Below are positions 40,371 through 51,192 of a DNA stretch of 64,000 nt, piece by piece. Both the position numbers and the translations under genes were made by a program. How positions within the stretch are numbered: position 1 is the stretch's first letter; every line of letters begins with the position of its first letter. The stretch spans positions 34,040,001 to 34,104,000 of the forward strand of contig NC_087437.1 in NCBI RefSeq assembly GCF_036321535.1. The letters are read 5' to 3'. The notes beneath the pieces were generated by a model, which saw only the letters and a program-made list of their open reading frames with translations, made no database searches and was not told where the DNA came from. The stretch is from Camelus dromedarius (taxonomy: Eukaryota).

Positions 40371-40376
40371 AATAAA
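40371..40376 (+). terminator. Proximal polyadenylation signal AATAAA (candidate)
   Basis: AATAAA about 200 nt after the stop, with U-rich upstream sequence. Confidence 0.55.
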
Positions 40377-40735
40377 ATATTGTTACGAAAAGAAAACTGT
40401 ACAGTACTGACACCATCACAAATCATGGTTACTCAAAGAGGGTAGTTTTAACTTTATTTTTATTTGTTTAGAGGTTTTGAGTTGGAGCAGGATTTTACCA
40501 TTGACTGCTTTCATTCTTCACTGTAGTTTTAAAGAACTGTAAAATGACGGTGCTACCCAAGTCAAAAAATACCTGCCTGCCTCGTAGTGAAGTTGTAGCT
40601 CTCCATAATATGTATATTTTAATCAGTTTTCAACATTTTGTGAATGTTGACTACCTGAAGCTCATTTTTAGATGTGCTATTAACATTCTGTTGGATCCAG
40701 AGGGTTCCCTGAGAGTTTTATGTATAAATATGTAA

Positions 40736-40748
40736 AATAAAAATTAAA
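40736..40748 (+). terminator. Distal polyadenylation signal AATAAA plus ATTAAA
   Basis: tgtaaAATAAAaATTAAAactttgtttcat; preceded by TGTA (CFIm-type) motifs; the sequence becomes GC-richer afterwards. Confidence 0.75.
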
Positions 40749-41077
40749 ACTTTGTTTCATAGGATACGTCTTTTTGCTCACTAGCAAGCCCCACGCTGGC
40801 TCTCTGGCTTCCCTCCTGTCTCCTCCTCGACCGGAAGCCCCGCTGGGAAGGTTTTACCAGGGAACAAACAAAGGGCCCCAGGGACTAGCAGTGCAGCGAA
40901 TCGCCAGGAAGATTGTGGATTGTGGACGGGGTGTGTGTGTGTGTGTGTATGAGGGAGTGATCCAGGGAGACGTCAGAGCCAGCACTTCTGCTTCTGCTCA
41001 GAGTCCGCTGTCCCTGCTGTTTACTAGCTGCTGGGCTTCCCAGAGCCGGTAACTGCATCAAAGCTGCACTTCTCAGC

Positions 41078-41180
41078 GGGGGACGGTACAGCTCCGTGCT
41101 AGAGCGTGGCTTATCATGTACAAGGTCCTGGGTTCAATCTCCAGTACCTCCATTAAAAATGTTTTTTTAAGTTTAAAAAA
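41078..41180 (+). mobile_element. tRNA-derived SINE (camelid vic-1-like)
   Basis: gggggacggtacagctccgtgctagagcg (A box)...ggtcctgggttcaatctccagtacctccattaaaaa (B box and tail). Confidence 0.85.
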
Positions 41181-42717
41181 ATCTGCATTTACCAAACTTG
41201 CCACGGGAACAAATGACACCCTCAGTGACACTTTTCCCAAGGCCAGTGTTGCCATGTCTCACATTTCAGACACTTCTGTTGGTCACATGAAGAAAAATGC
41301 CAAGTCTAAAGCAGATGACAGGCAGTTTCTCACTAGGTAGAGAGGTTCAGAAAAAATGATATAATTAGCGAATGTCCATGGGGGCATTGGAGAACCATAA
41401 ACCAAAGCGGAGATGAGCAGCCAACGCTCCAGAACCACCCACAGACCACCTGGTTTCACTCGAAGGTCCATGATGTGACCGGAAGATAGGAGTTGAGTCA
41501 GCTAGCCCCATTTTCTGTTCTTATAAATACCCAGAGGGCTATTTTAAGTAATTTAGGGTTGCCAATTTTCCCAGCCTTCTTACTTAGCAAAATAGGCCCT
41601 CTTCAATTGAAGCATGAAGCGTTTCTTCATGAGTCTCAATCAAGTTCTCGTCAACTGGGAGAGAAAACCAATGCAGCCCACAAGTATGTTTTGGTTTTTG
41701 AGAGTCGGCTGTTGAGCGGGACAGGTCACTCACCACTAAGCTAACGGGTGGCGCTCAAACTCCTCTCTACCCCAAGGTCTCTAACTGAGCCCCAAATTCC
41801 TACACCAGCTGTCGGTGACCCCTGGGCAACCCCAGCCCTGAAGATCCAGGCACAGTGGCTGGGCCTTCGCTGCTGCAGCTGGGTGAGGATGTCCGTCACT
41901 AAGCCGGCGGCTCTCGTCTTCAGCTGCACAGTGGAATCACTTGAGGAAATTTAGAAACCACAGGGGCCTCGGTCCCACCCACACACTGATACAATTGGTC
42001 TGAGGTGTGGCCTGGGCATCAGGGGTTTTAAAGGTCTCTTGGTTATACTAATGTTAAGAACCAATGCCTTGGACTTTTTTCTTTCTTCTCTTTTCTTTGA
42101 CCATTTTTTTTTTTAGTTTCTATTTTTTTCTAATTAAAATGTATTTCTATTAATTTGTAACTTTTGGGGACAGTTGACCTAGGGAGAGTGTGACAAAAAT
42201 GCCTGAGCCCAAGGAAGAGGGGTCGTGTGACCGAAACGTCCTACAGTGACATCTGCAACCTGAAATCCTGACGCTAGAACTCAGGCCACCAGGAAAGACG
42301 ATCTCAATTTTTTTTTAATCCTTGCCAGAATTGGCAATTCCAATAAAAATTTAGAAATGAGTTTTCTCTTTGTCTTAAGCAATGCAATCTCTCTGGATAG
42401 AAATGTGTTCTGAAGAAATTCATGGCCTCTAACCCTTCAGTTGTTTGAGCCCATGATCAGATACCTAAAGCGCCGCTAACTCAAGAAGGAAGTGAGGTCA
42501 CACCCACAAGCGCCCTTCAACACCCTCACGGTCAAAGCCAGCTGAAGGCAGAGCAATTCTTCCCACCATCCGAGACCCTCAAAGGAGACTACACCAGGGT
42601 ACCAGTGTCCCCTTCACATTTCTGCCCTGGTACAGTTGTCACCCAATGGCTCACCTCCAAGGATATTCTCGGGTCTTTCCAGTCCCTTTGCTTAGGATTA
42701 TTCCCAACAGGATTCTT

Positions 42718-42906
42718 TTTTTCTTTTTTTAAGTGGCTATTTCTATTTATTTATTTACTTACTTACTTACTTACTTACTTATTTATTTGGGGAAGAGAGA
42801 ACATTAAGCTTACTCATGTATGTGTTTATTTAATGGAGGTGCTGGGGATTGAACCCAGACCTCATGCATGCTAAGCACACACTCTACCGCTGAGCTGTAC
42901 CCTTTC
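42718..42906 (-). mobile_element. tRNA-derived SINE (vic-1-like) with extended (TTAC)n/(TTTA)n tail and perfect TSD
   Basis: atggaggtgctggggattgaacccag...ctctaccgctgagctgtac; TSD tcccaacaggattctt at 42702-42717 and 42907-42922. Confidence 0.9.
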
Positions 42907-43329
42907 TCCCAACAGGATTCTTATCCGCACCACATCATCCTTACATACGTCAACTAGGACCCTTACTAGTTTACCACTTAGGTACTAGACTTCCTGACAT
43001 AAAAAAAATAGGGTCACCTCTCCTCCTGATTTTAAGAGAGTGAGGTGTGAGCAACAATACGCAGGCTCTGGGTCAGAAGGGACTGGGCACAACGCTGACC
43101 ACCATCTTCCTAGTGGTTAGACCTTAAGCAAGTCACTAAAGCTCTATGTTATCATATGTTATCGCTTGGGATTATTCTAAAGACTGAACAAAGTAGTGTC
43201 CATGAAAGGACTGGCACCCAGTAGATACCCAATAATTGCTGAAAGGAGAGAGGTAAATGATCAGGGTTTGGGTGAAGGAAGCATTCTGTATTATACCAGT
43301 TTTTGAGATTTAACATGTCCTTGGGGGGG

Positions 43330-43770
43330 TTTTCTTGTTTATCAGTCACTGATTTACAAAACAGATGCTTAAGGAAAAAGTCACCTCAATCTTCAAGCCC
43401 CTCTCCCTCCTCCAGAATATCGATGTTAAAACTTGAAACACATTCTTACACATCTTTTTCCATGCCTGTACGAGCAGATACACACATTGTGTCTCAGTTT
43501 GTTTATACAAAGGTGGCTCACAGAAAACAACTGCTCTGCCTTATCTGTGGACATCCTTCCAGGTCAGTACATACAGATCTGAGCCAGTCTTTTTAACAGC
43601 TGTATAGTAATGCCCAGTACGCTGGAACATGCTTTATTAGCCATTCCCTTTAATGATGGACATAAGGATCTTTCCAGATCTCTGCCACTAAAAGCAATGA
43701 TGCAATGAACATGCTTGTACTCACATTTGCTTGTGCTTTTATTCTGTGAGTACGTCATTTTTTTTCTTAA
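43330..43770 (-). mobile_element. Old L1ME-type 3' fragment
   Basis: ttttaacagctgtatagta...ttattagccattccc...gatggacat...tgcaatgaacatgcttgtac. Confidence 0.55.
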
Positions 43771-44414
43771 ACTATTACTTAGTATTATATTTAGATACTT
43801 CAAAATACAGAGAGCTAATTAAGGTAGTAAGACAGGTGAGACCATTGCAGAGATGTTCGAGTCCTTACAACAAAACTGAACCAACGCCCCTTGTCTGACA
43901 AACAGCAACTCATTTCCATCTTGAAAGAGCATAGGTGTCATTTCCTTGATGCAACTGTTTCTCTCTCTTAACACACACACACCCACACACACACTCCCAC
44001 ACCCACACATAAACTCAGCCTCCACAGATTGTCATCTACATCCTGAATACAGATTTTCTCTATTTCCTGTTTGAGGGTAGAGGCAAACCTCAGCCACCTT
44101 TTTAACAATAGCCCTCAGCCCAGAACCAGGCAGAGTCTTCTCTTGAAGAGAAACTGATCATTGGGACCCACCCTCTTAATACTTCCACTAACCAGCATCT
44201 CTCTGCTCCTCCTGATGCCTGATGCCTCTCTTCTCAGCTGTTGGAGGAGCCCCTCGGCTTGACTTTGACTCAGGTTTACTCTCACTGTTTTCACGCTTGA
44301 AACCCCATGACTGGTTGACTCTTCCTTAAGTCCCTCACTTCTCCAGATGTTTGATCTACGATCCCAGAGACTTTCCTTCCGCAGGCTGTCATCTCTGCTG
44401 TCCCTGATGAACAG

Positions 44415-44855
44415 CCCTATGGCAGGTATAGCTACCATATGCTGAAACTCATGCCGCCCCACCATGTTCACAGCTAGGAGTTGTCCCTGGGAAGTGGTTA
44501 CATACACGGGGACCACTTTTCCCTTTGTATTCGGATGTGACCCGTGACTGATGTTCACCAATGGAATGTGAATAAGTGTGATGTGTCTTAATTCCAGCTA
44601 AGGCTCTGAAGAAGGGGTTTGCCTTCTCCTTGCTTCATCTTTCTCTGCTGCAATCACAAGGACCCAGAGGAAGGCAGAGCCACAGTATGGAAGGAGTTTG
44701 AGTCCCTGAGTCTCCTGCATGAGGAGAGCTGCCTGCTGTCCAGTCGAATATGCCTCTGATGGCTGCAGAAGTCAGAAATAAACTCTGATTATGTTCGACC
44801 CATTATACATTGAATCTCTTTGTTACCACAGCTAGCGTTATTGCAACTAATACAA
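44415..44855 (+). mobile_element. MLT1-type (ERVL-MaLR) LTR
   Basis: ccaatggaatgtga...aaggcagagccaca...ggaaggagtttgagtccctga...gaaataaact...tttgttaccacagc...actaataca. Confidence 0.75.
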
Positions 44856-45666
44856 GTCCTAACAAGGACAGCCATAGTCCTTTAAGGAAGAGCTAGAACA
44901 CAGACTCGGGTCTCTGAAGACAAATGCTGTGTTCTTAAGCATCATGCCACACTGCTTCTAAAAGCCCTGCCTCTTTCCTCAAGAAAATCTTCTCTAGGTT
45001 GGTGACTCACACGTTTTCAGTTCATGGATCTCTTCAGTTTGATTTAACTCTTGTCCCCTGGTCTATCTTTTCCTTTAGCCATTGGGGCAGAAACTGGAGA
45101 GGGTCAAAATAAGATTCATCATGAACAAACAATTAATTCATACTAGAAACAAGACTATGGATTTACACATATTGTCAAGTGACCACAGGAGATGACTTTG
45201 GTGTCCATCTGGAAAAGCCTTGGGTGTCTGCAGTCCTCAAGGCCATGCTCTGACTCTTAACCCCAGCTGAATTCAGCTGCTTAGAAACGCAATTACCTTT
45301 TGCACTGACGTTCATTTATTTTTTCTAAATAGGATATGACACATTCATTATGAGATAGGTTGATGGGTAATGAGTTTTTCAGGATATTTTAATTGAGGCT
45401 TATAGTCAGTTGTTGGTATAAATTAATACTATATTAAATAATTTGTGAATTAATGATCTGGCTCTGCAGAAGGAAAAGAAATTCTCACTCCTAATTTCTG
45501 AGCAAACACTTGAAAGGGATTTCATTTAGTAGTTCTGGTAGGAGAAGATTCACCAGGGCTAATTAATTGGTTGTAAGAAATTCTTTCCAGTAGCATACGT
45601 CTCTGCATACAGCCAGCCCTCTGTTCTAGAACAATGCTCTGCCAATGGTTATAACATGGTCCTTGG

Positions 45667-45824
45667 GTTTTGTTGTTGTTGTTTTAGTTTAAGTATAGTC
45701 AGTTTGCAATGTTGCGTCAATCTCTGGTGTACAGCATAGTGTTTCAGTCATACGTATACACACATATATTCATTTTCATATTCTTTTTCATTATAGGTTA
45801 CTATAAGATACTGAATATAGTTGA
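45667..45824 (-). mobile_element. L1 3'-end fragment
   Basis: aagtatagtcagttt...tctggtgtacagcatagtg...ttataggttactataagatactgaatatagtt. Confidence 0.85.
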
Positions 45825-46559
45825 ATCCACTTCCTTGCTCACTGTACAAGAGCACAGGGTAGAAAAGCAATACTTATGTGGAAAGCAATTTTATTTTGAC
45901 CCTCTAGACTAGGCACTCAGACTTTCTTAGTGATTATTTACTACCAGAATCTCTTTTCTTTTATATTCAATCAATACCTTATTTGCTTTTTGGCTTTGCA
46001 GAAAACAGTGGCATGTATCCTGACTCTGGTAAAGCAGAGACAAGGCTGGAAGTGAGTTCTTTAATTTTCTGCCTCATAAAGTTACTTCCTTCCAGATGTC
46101 TGTTAGTTCTCAGTAGAAATTACAGTCTGTAATGACGTGTTGTCTCACCTTGGGTGGGGGGCTGTTTAGGCCACAGAGCATCCCCGCACACTAGAAACGG
46201 CCTTGCAAGAGAGCCAGGAGCCCGCACCGTCAACGTGAGGGCTCAAGGTGAAAACGGTGCTGACCCTCACAGACAACAGGGACAGAGGGCTTGACTGCTT
46301 ATCACAAGGCATCCGTTTCCTCTTTCCAGTGATGTGAAGGACTCTTGCCCCTGCAGCTTAAGAAGGCTGATTTTAAGACGTGTCATTGTCTCAGATGCAA
46401 ATCAGATTGAGAATAGAGCACCAGGCAACTCTGTCAGGCTAAGTAATTTTTTAAGGGAAGTAATAAATGCCTCAGGAAGAATAATTCAGTGTAGGGATAT
46501 TTCGTGTGAGAGGAATAAATAAATCTGTCTCCCTGCAGTTCTGGCTAAACTAAGAGTGG

Positions 46560-47040
46560 GAGGAAAACAGAACATGGGCCTTTTACCCGGAGTTCCCGAG
46601 CAGACTCACCACACACGAGTCGGGGTGCTGGGTCCTGAGGGAGACAGCAGCCTTCACTTCCTGGACCCGGGGCCAAGAGCAGGAGCGGAGAACGTGAGGA
46701 CCAGGGACCACGGAGGCCCTGCTCAGTGGGAGGCCCAGGGAGCCAGCAGCGCGGCCGCTGCAGACCGGGGCAGCTCCGCGGCCGGCCTGCCCATGACGGC
46801 CACCTCCTGCACGGCAGGCAGCATCGTGGAGCCTGGAACCCGTCTGCCCGGCAGGCTCCCACAGGGGGTGCCTCTGCAAGAGTCAGAGTTAGAGACCCTG
46901 TCGGCGTGACTCTCAGGGACATGCGGTTTCCCGTGAGAACATGCTTCGGTCACCAGTGGGGCCCGGTGAGGCTCAGGGCCAGGCCCAGGATGGCTGAGGC
47001 CCAGAAGTGGTTTATCAAAGGCAGCCTCGAAGGGGCTGAA
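46560..47040. promoter_or_regulatory. GC/CpG-rich patch (CpG-island-like), function unknown
   Basis: Dense CpGs, including gcgcggccgc and ccgcggccgg, within AT-rich surroundings. Confidence 0.4.
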
Positions 47041-49069
47041 TAACTGAGGTTTTCTGAATTTCATAGGCAATATGTAAACAACCAAAAACCTCATTTGAGT
47101 TTCCTCTACTTCCCAAACTGAACTTAGGGCTACCTCCCCAAACATTTAGGCAAGAATCACTCAGGAAGCAAGAATTAATGGGGTTTGGAAGGATAGGGCA
47201 AATCCAACAATAAAAAAAAAAAAAAAAAAGCTTAGAATTATGCACCTTTTGGCCACACTTGAAATGTGTTGTCCATTTGCCCCTTACCAGAAAGAGTCCT
47301 AAATAAATCATGGTTTTGGAATCCAAACTGCATTTCAAGTCTTATTTTCTCTCTCTTGTTTCTATTATAATCAGCCCAGTCCCCTGATTTGCATAATTGG
47401 TGTGCCAGTATAGTACAACAATGCCCTCCCCAGTCCACTAAACTGAAGAGTCCAAATGCCCACTTCCTCTTTTTAAAAGTACATACATGTGTATCACTTC
47501 CTGAATTACACCCATTGTCAAGAATTTTGGACTCTAAAGTCATCCAGGAGTTGTTTGCTCCCTGGGCAGCTAACTGCTCCTTTAAAACAGCACAGTTGCC
47601 TTGACTTCATGTCTTAAGAGCCTCTGCTCTTATGAGCTGGAGCCAAACATACTGACTCTTTCTCAGAATTGTGAATTTCAGAGAAAGCAGGAAGTTTCAC
47701 ATAAAAACGACTTTCATTTCAGGTGCTTGCATGGATTTTCCTCTGCTGCCACTAATTGAGCAAGCAGTGTGGCTTTCGCATCACACCAGAAAGTGAAAGC
47801 CAAATCGAAGGGCGGATTCAGATTTCTGAGACAAGTACTGATGGTCATTCTGAACTCAGTTACTCAGGCTTCTTGGCTCAAGATGAAAGCATTTGCATTG
47901 GGAATTCCTTTGTCTTCAGTTTCCCGGCCAGTCATGCAAACCATCCAAACCATGGACCAGTCTCACCAGACTGGAAGTGAGGGTGCCAGTTCTTCAGGAA
48001 AATGGTAGCTTGACCTTCCAGGTCCTGAAGCCAAAAGCAGGAGAAGGGTGACTGCGAGGACTTGTCTGAAGAAGACTGGAGGAGAGCAGAAGTGATATTT
48101 GATAAAACCAGTATCAGAGGCAGCTGGGAATGGGTAAAGAAGTCATTGAGGTCTACTAACATGTAGGTTGAGCGGAGTAGAGGGCCAGGGAGTCGGATCT
48201 CGTGTGCAAATGCATTCAGAAGCTGGATTGGTAATAGAAGTAACTGAAACAAGCTAGATGTAAAACAAAAAGGAATGAGGGGTGCACATACCCTGACCAA
48301 AGGGATTCACAGCTAAGTAAGTGATAGCTACTCACATAACTGTTGGGCTGACCTGGCTTCAGCAAGACTTTTCTTAGGATTTCAAAATAGCCTGGATTTG
48401 TTATAGAGTACCTCACTTTTAGTAACTAATGTTTTAGCTTTATGACTTTAGCCTCCATTGAAAGTCATTCTAAGAATGAGCCCTGCAAAACATACTATTA
48501 CGTTTATCAATAAAACGGCGTTACTACAACATTACACCATGATAGCTTTATGAGGACCTGGGGAGATGCTCCTCTCAGGAGTCAGTACCAGTAATAGTCA
48601 CGTTTCTTTGATGATCATTGTAAATTTTTTGACTGATAATGTTGCCCTCTTTGCTTTGGTTTCCAGGAAGCAAAGGACAAAATTTGCAGCCCACCTATAA
48701 CAAATTAAATAAGAATCTGGGGTAATGTAACTCTCAGGTGACAATATTACCCCTATAAGTTGCCTCAAATTATTTTAAGGAACCAAGAAATGTATCATAA
48801 ACAAATAAGTATCTCTCTATGTTTATTTATTTATGTTTTATCTATATATTTATTTAGCCCTCTCTGGCTACCAACATCTGGAATTTTCTCCCAGTGACAG
48901 CATCTCCCGGTAGCTGCTAAGACAGAAATCTATTTTGTTTTAGAAGACTGAGTCAATGAAGACAAGTCCTGATGTCAGCTATACCCAGCCCCTCCCTGCA
49001 ATCTCTTTGTCTGTCCTCTCTATCATGCTGTAATCAAATTCTGCTCTTGTGGTCAGTGGTAGCTACACT

Positions 49070-49590
49070 CTGTATATTCTCAGTGCACATTCCTCTTCTT
49101 CTGGGATGGGATCCCAAAGGATCTCTTTCCCAACTCCATGTGGTTCTGCTGGGGCTGTCAGACTTGCTGCCTGCCCTCTCTCACAGGAGTGACCCAGGCA
49201 GCCACTCCCAATGGAATACCCCTTCCTCTACCCTCCACTGATGATTGGTTCACTAATGTGCATGTGACCCCAGCAGCGCCAATCAGAAGCTTCCCTGGAA
49301 CTGATATACAAATATACTGGACTTGTTCAATGGAAAGTAAGAGCCTGGCAGCCACCTTGTCTACTATGTGGAGAGAGAGTTTGCATCAGAAGCTAAGGAG
49401 AGCAGCAGAGCTGAGAGATGGTGGGGGAGAAGGAGGAAACCTTGATGACATCCCACGAGTCATCCTATGAGTTCTTGGCTTTAGTCTGAAGCCAGATCCT
49501 ACCCTGGGCATTTTGTTATAGCAGCCAATGATATCCTATTTTGCTTATACTAGTTTAATCAGATTTCTGTCAGGACTGAAAGAGCCCTGA
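49070..49590 (+). mobile_element. Old MaLR/ERVL-type LTR fragment
   Basis: gattggttc...gcatgtgaccc...ccaatcaga...agccaccttg...gagctgagagatgg...gatttctgtca...aaagagccctgacta. Confidence 0.55.
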
Positions 49591-49599
49591 CTATACTCC

Positions 49600-50170
49600 T
49601 GTCCCTATCACTTCAATCTACCCTCCACAGGGCTAAGTGATCTTGTAATGTCCCTAATGAACATCTGATCTTGACACGTCCTTGCTCAATGTCCTAAAAC
49701 CTGTCACCCACAGCATAAAACAGAAACTCTCTGCATGATGTTCAACCTTTGTTATGATCTGTCTCTTGCCTTCCCATCCAGTCTAACTCTAGCCATTCTC
49801 TCCCTCTCAGATTTTGAGCAGGTGACACTTGAGCTTCTTGTTGATCCCAAGTTCTCCCTGGTCTCCAAGCCTTTGTACATGACATTCTTTATTCCTAATT
49901 TACCCTCCCCCTGCTTGGAGCTCAAATGCCATCTCCTCTGGAAAGTCTTCTTTTGCTTCCTCAGATTGAATCTGCTGCTTATTCTCTGCTCCCAGTGTCT
50001 TCATTTGAGTAATTGTATAGTATAGCCATTGTTTTTGCCTTTCTGCAATCAGAGGAGAAGCCCCCTGAGAGCAGAAAGGGCATTTATCTTCTTCATGCCC
50101 AGCCCAGCAAATGGCACATAATAGGAGGTAAATAAATATATGTTGAATGCGTGAATGAATGAATAAATGG
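49600..50170 (+). mobile_element. L2 LINE 3' region
   Basis: ctcaaatgccatctcctctggaaag...gcacataataggag...aataaatatatgttgaatgcgtgaatgaatgaat (L2 terminus). Confidence 0.75.
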
Positions 50171-51192
50171 ATGTTCAATATCATCACATAGAGAAATCCT
50201 ACTCCAGAGTTTTTTCATATGCAATGCCTTTCTACCCAATTTCCCCACAAATTCTTAGACTTGTACAACTTAAAACTCCAAGTCTTTTCAAGACTGCAGG
50301 TGACTTGCCATTCCTCATTTGAGATTCAACATTCTCATAAGGCTTCTGAGACAAAAGCCAGTTCTGAAGCACGTTAGGTCAGCTGGATGTCACAACCTCA
50401 CATGCTTTATGAACTGGGAGGAGAGGTGTAAGGTCTAACTTTCCATTAATTGTTTATAAAAGTATAAGCATCTTTAAGACGAAAGGAAGGAGAAGAGGAA
50501 AGGCATCATATCTTGAATATAAAATACGTTAGATGATCTAACAAGCTGAAGGGGCCAATGTGGTGTGTGGACTGACCACCCCAAGTTACCTGAATAGGCA
50601 TTAACAGTGACAATACTCAGAACCTGAGTCAATGTTTACAGGACTAAGTAGCATGTGCTCCGGCAGCCATTCGGGAGGGGAGTTTAGTGTTGTTGGCTTT
50701 CCTGATGTGTAGCCTGTGATTTCTCTTACTGACCATCAGAGTAGAACCCTGGACTGAGCCTTGAAATAGAGTTAGGTTCCTTCTTGCTAACCCCGTGATG
50801 CAGTGACGCAGAAACTAACCCTATGATGTTAGATCTCTTTCGTGAAGTTCCAACCACTGAATCAAAACTGGGGGAAATGGGAGGCCACAGTAAAGTAGAC
50901 ATCGTAATACGAGTACCATTCATTTATACTTTCTGGGGAACTAACAGTATCCTGTTAACCTGAAAAAGTTATTGAAACTTCCCAGAGGTGTCCTACTTGC
51001 CCCAGGAAATAATCTAGACCTTTCCACATTAGTTCATTATCTTATATGATCTCAGAATGTTCCTGAGAATAAGGGAAAGCAAGCAGGTGTGCTTTTTATT
51101 TTGCAGAAAGAGAAATGGACACCGAGGGATTAAGAAGGGCATTTCCCAGGGCTTGAGCCTAACCGCGCAGCCAGGATGAGAAAGCCTCACTT

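Larger units (their letters stand above)
40169..40760 (+). other. SCHIP1: SCHIP1 3' UTR (3' end approximate)
   Basis: AT-rich, no recognisable repeats after the stop codon; ends shortly after AATAAA/ATTAAA at 40736-40748. Confidence 0.8.

Noticed and set aside
41078..41150. tRNA-like sequence with A and B boxes
   Set aside because: No complete cloverleaf; has an A-tail and related dispersed copies, so it is a SINE.
46545..47145. Five overlapping 98-140 aa ORFs
   Set aside because: Expected from stop-codon scarcity in GC-rich DNA; no recognisable homology or exon structure.
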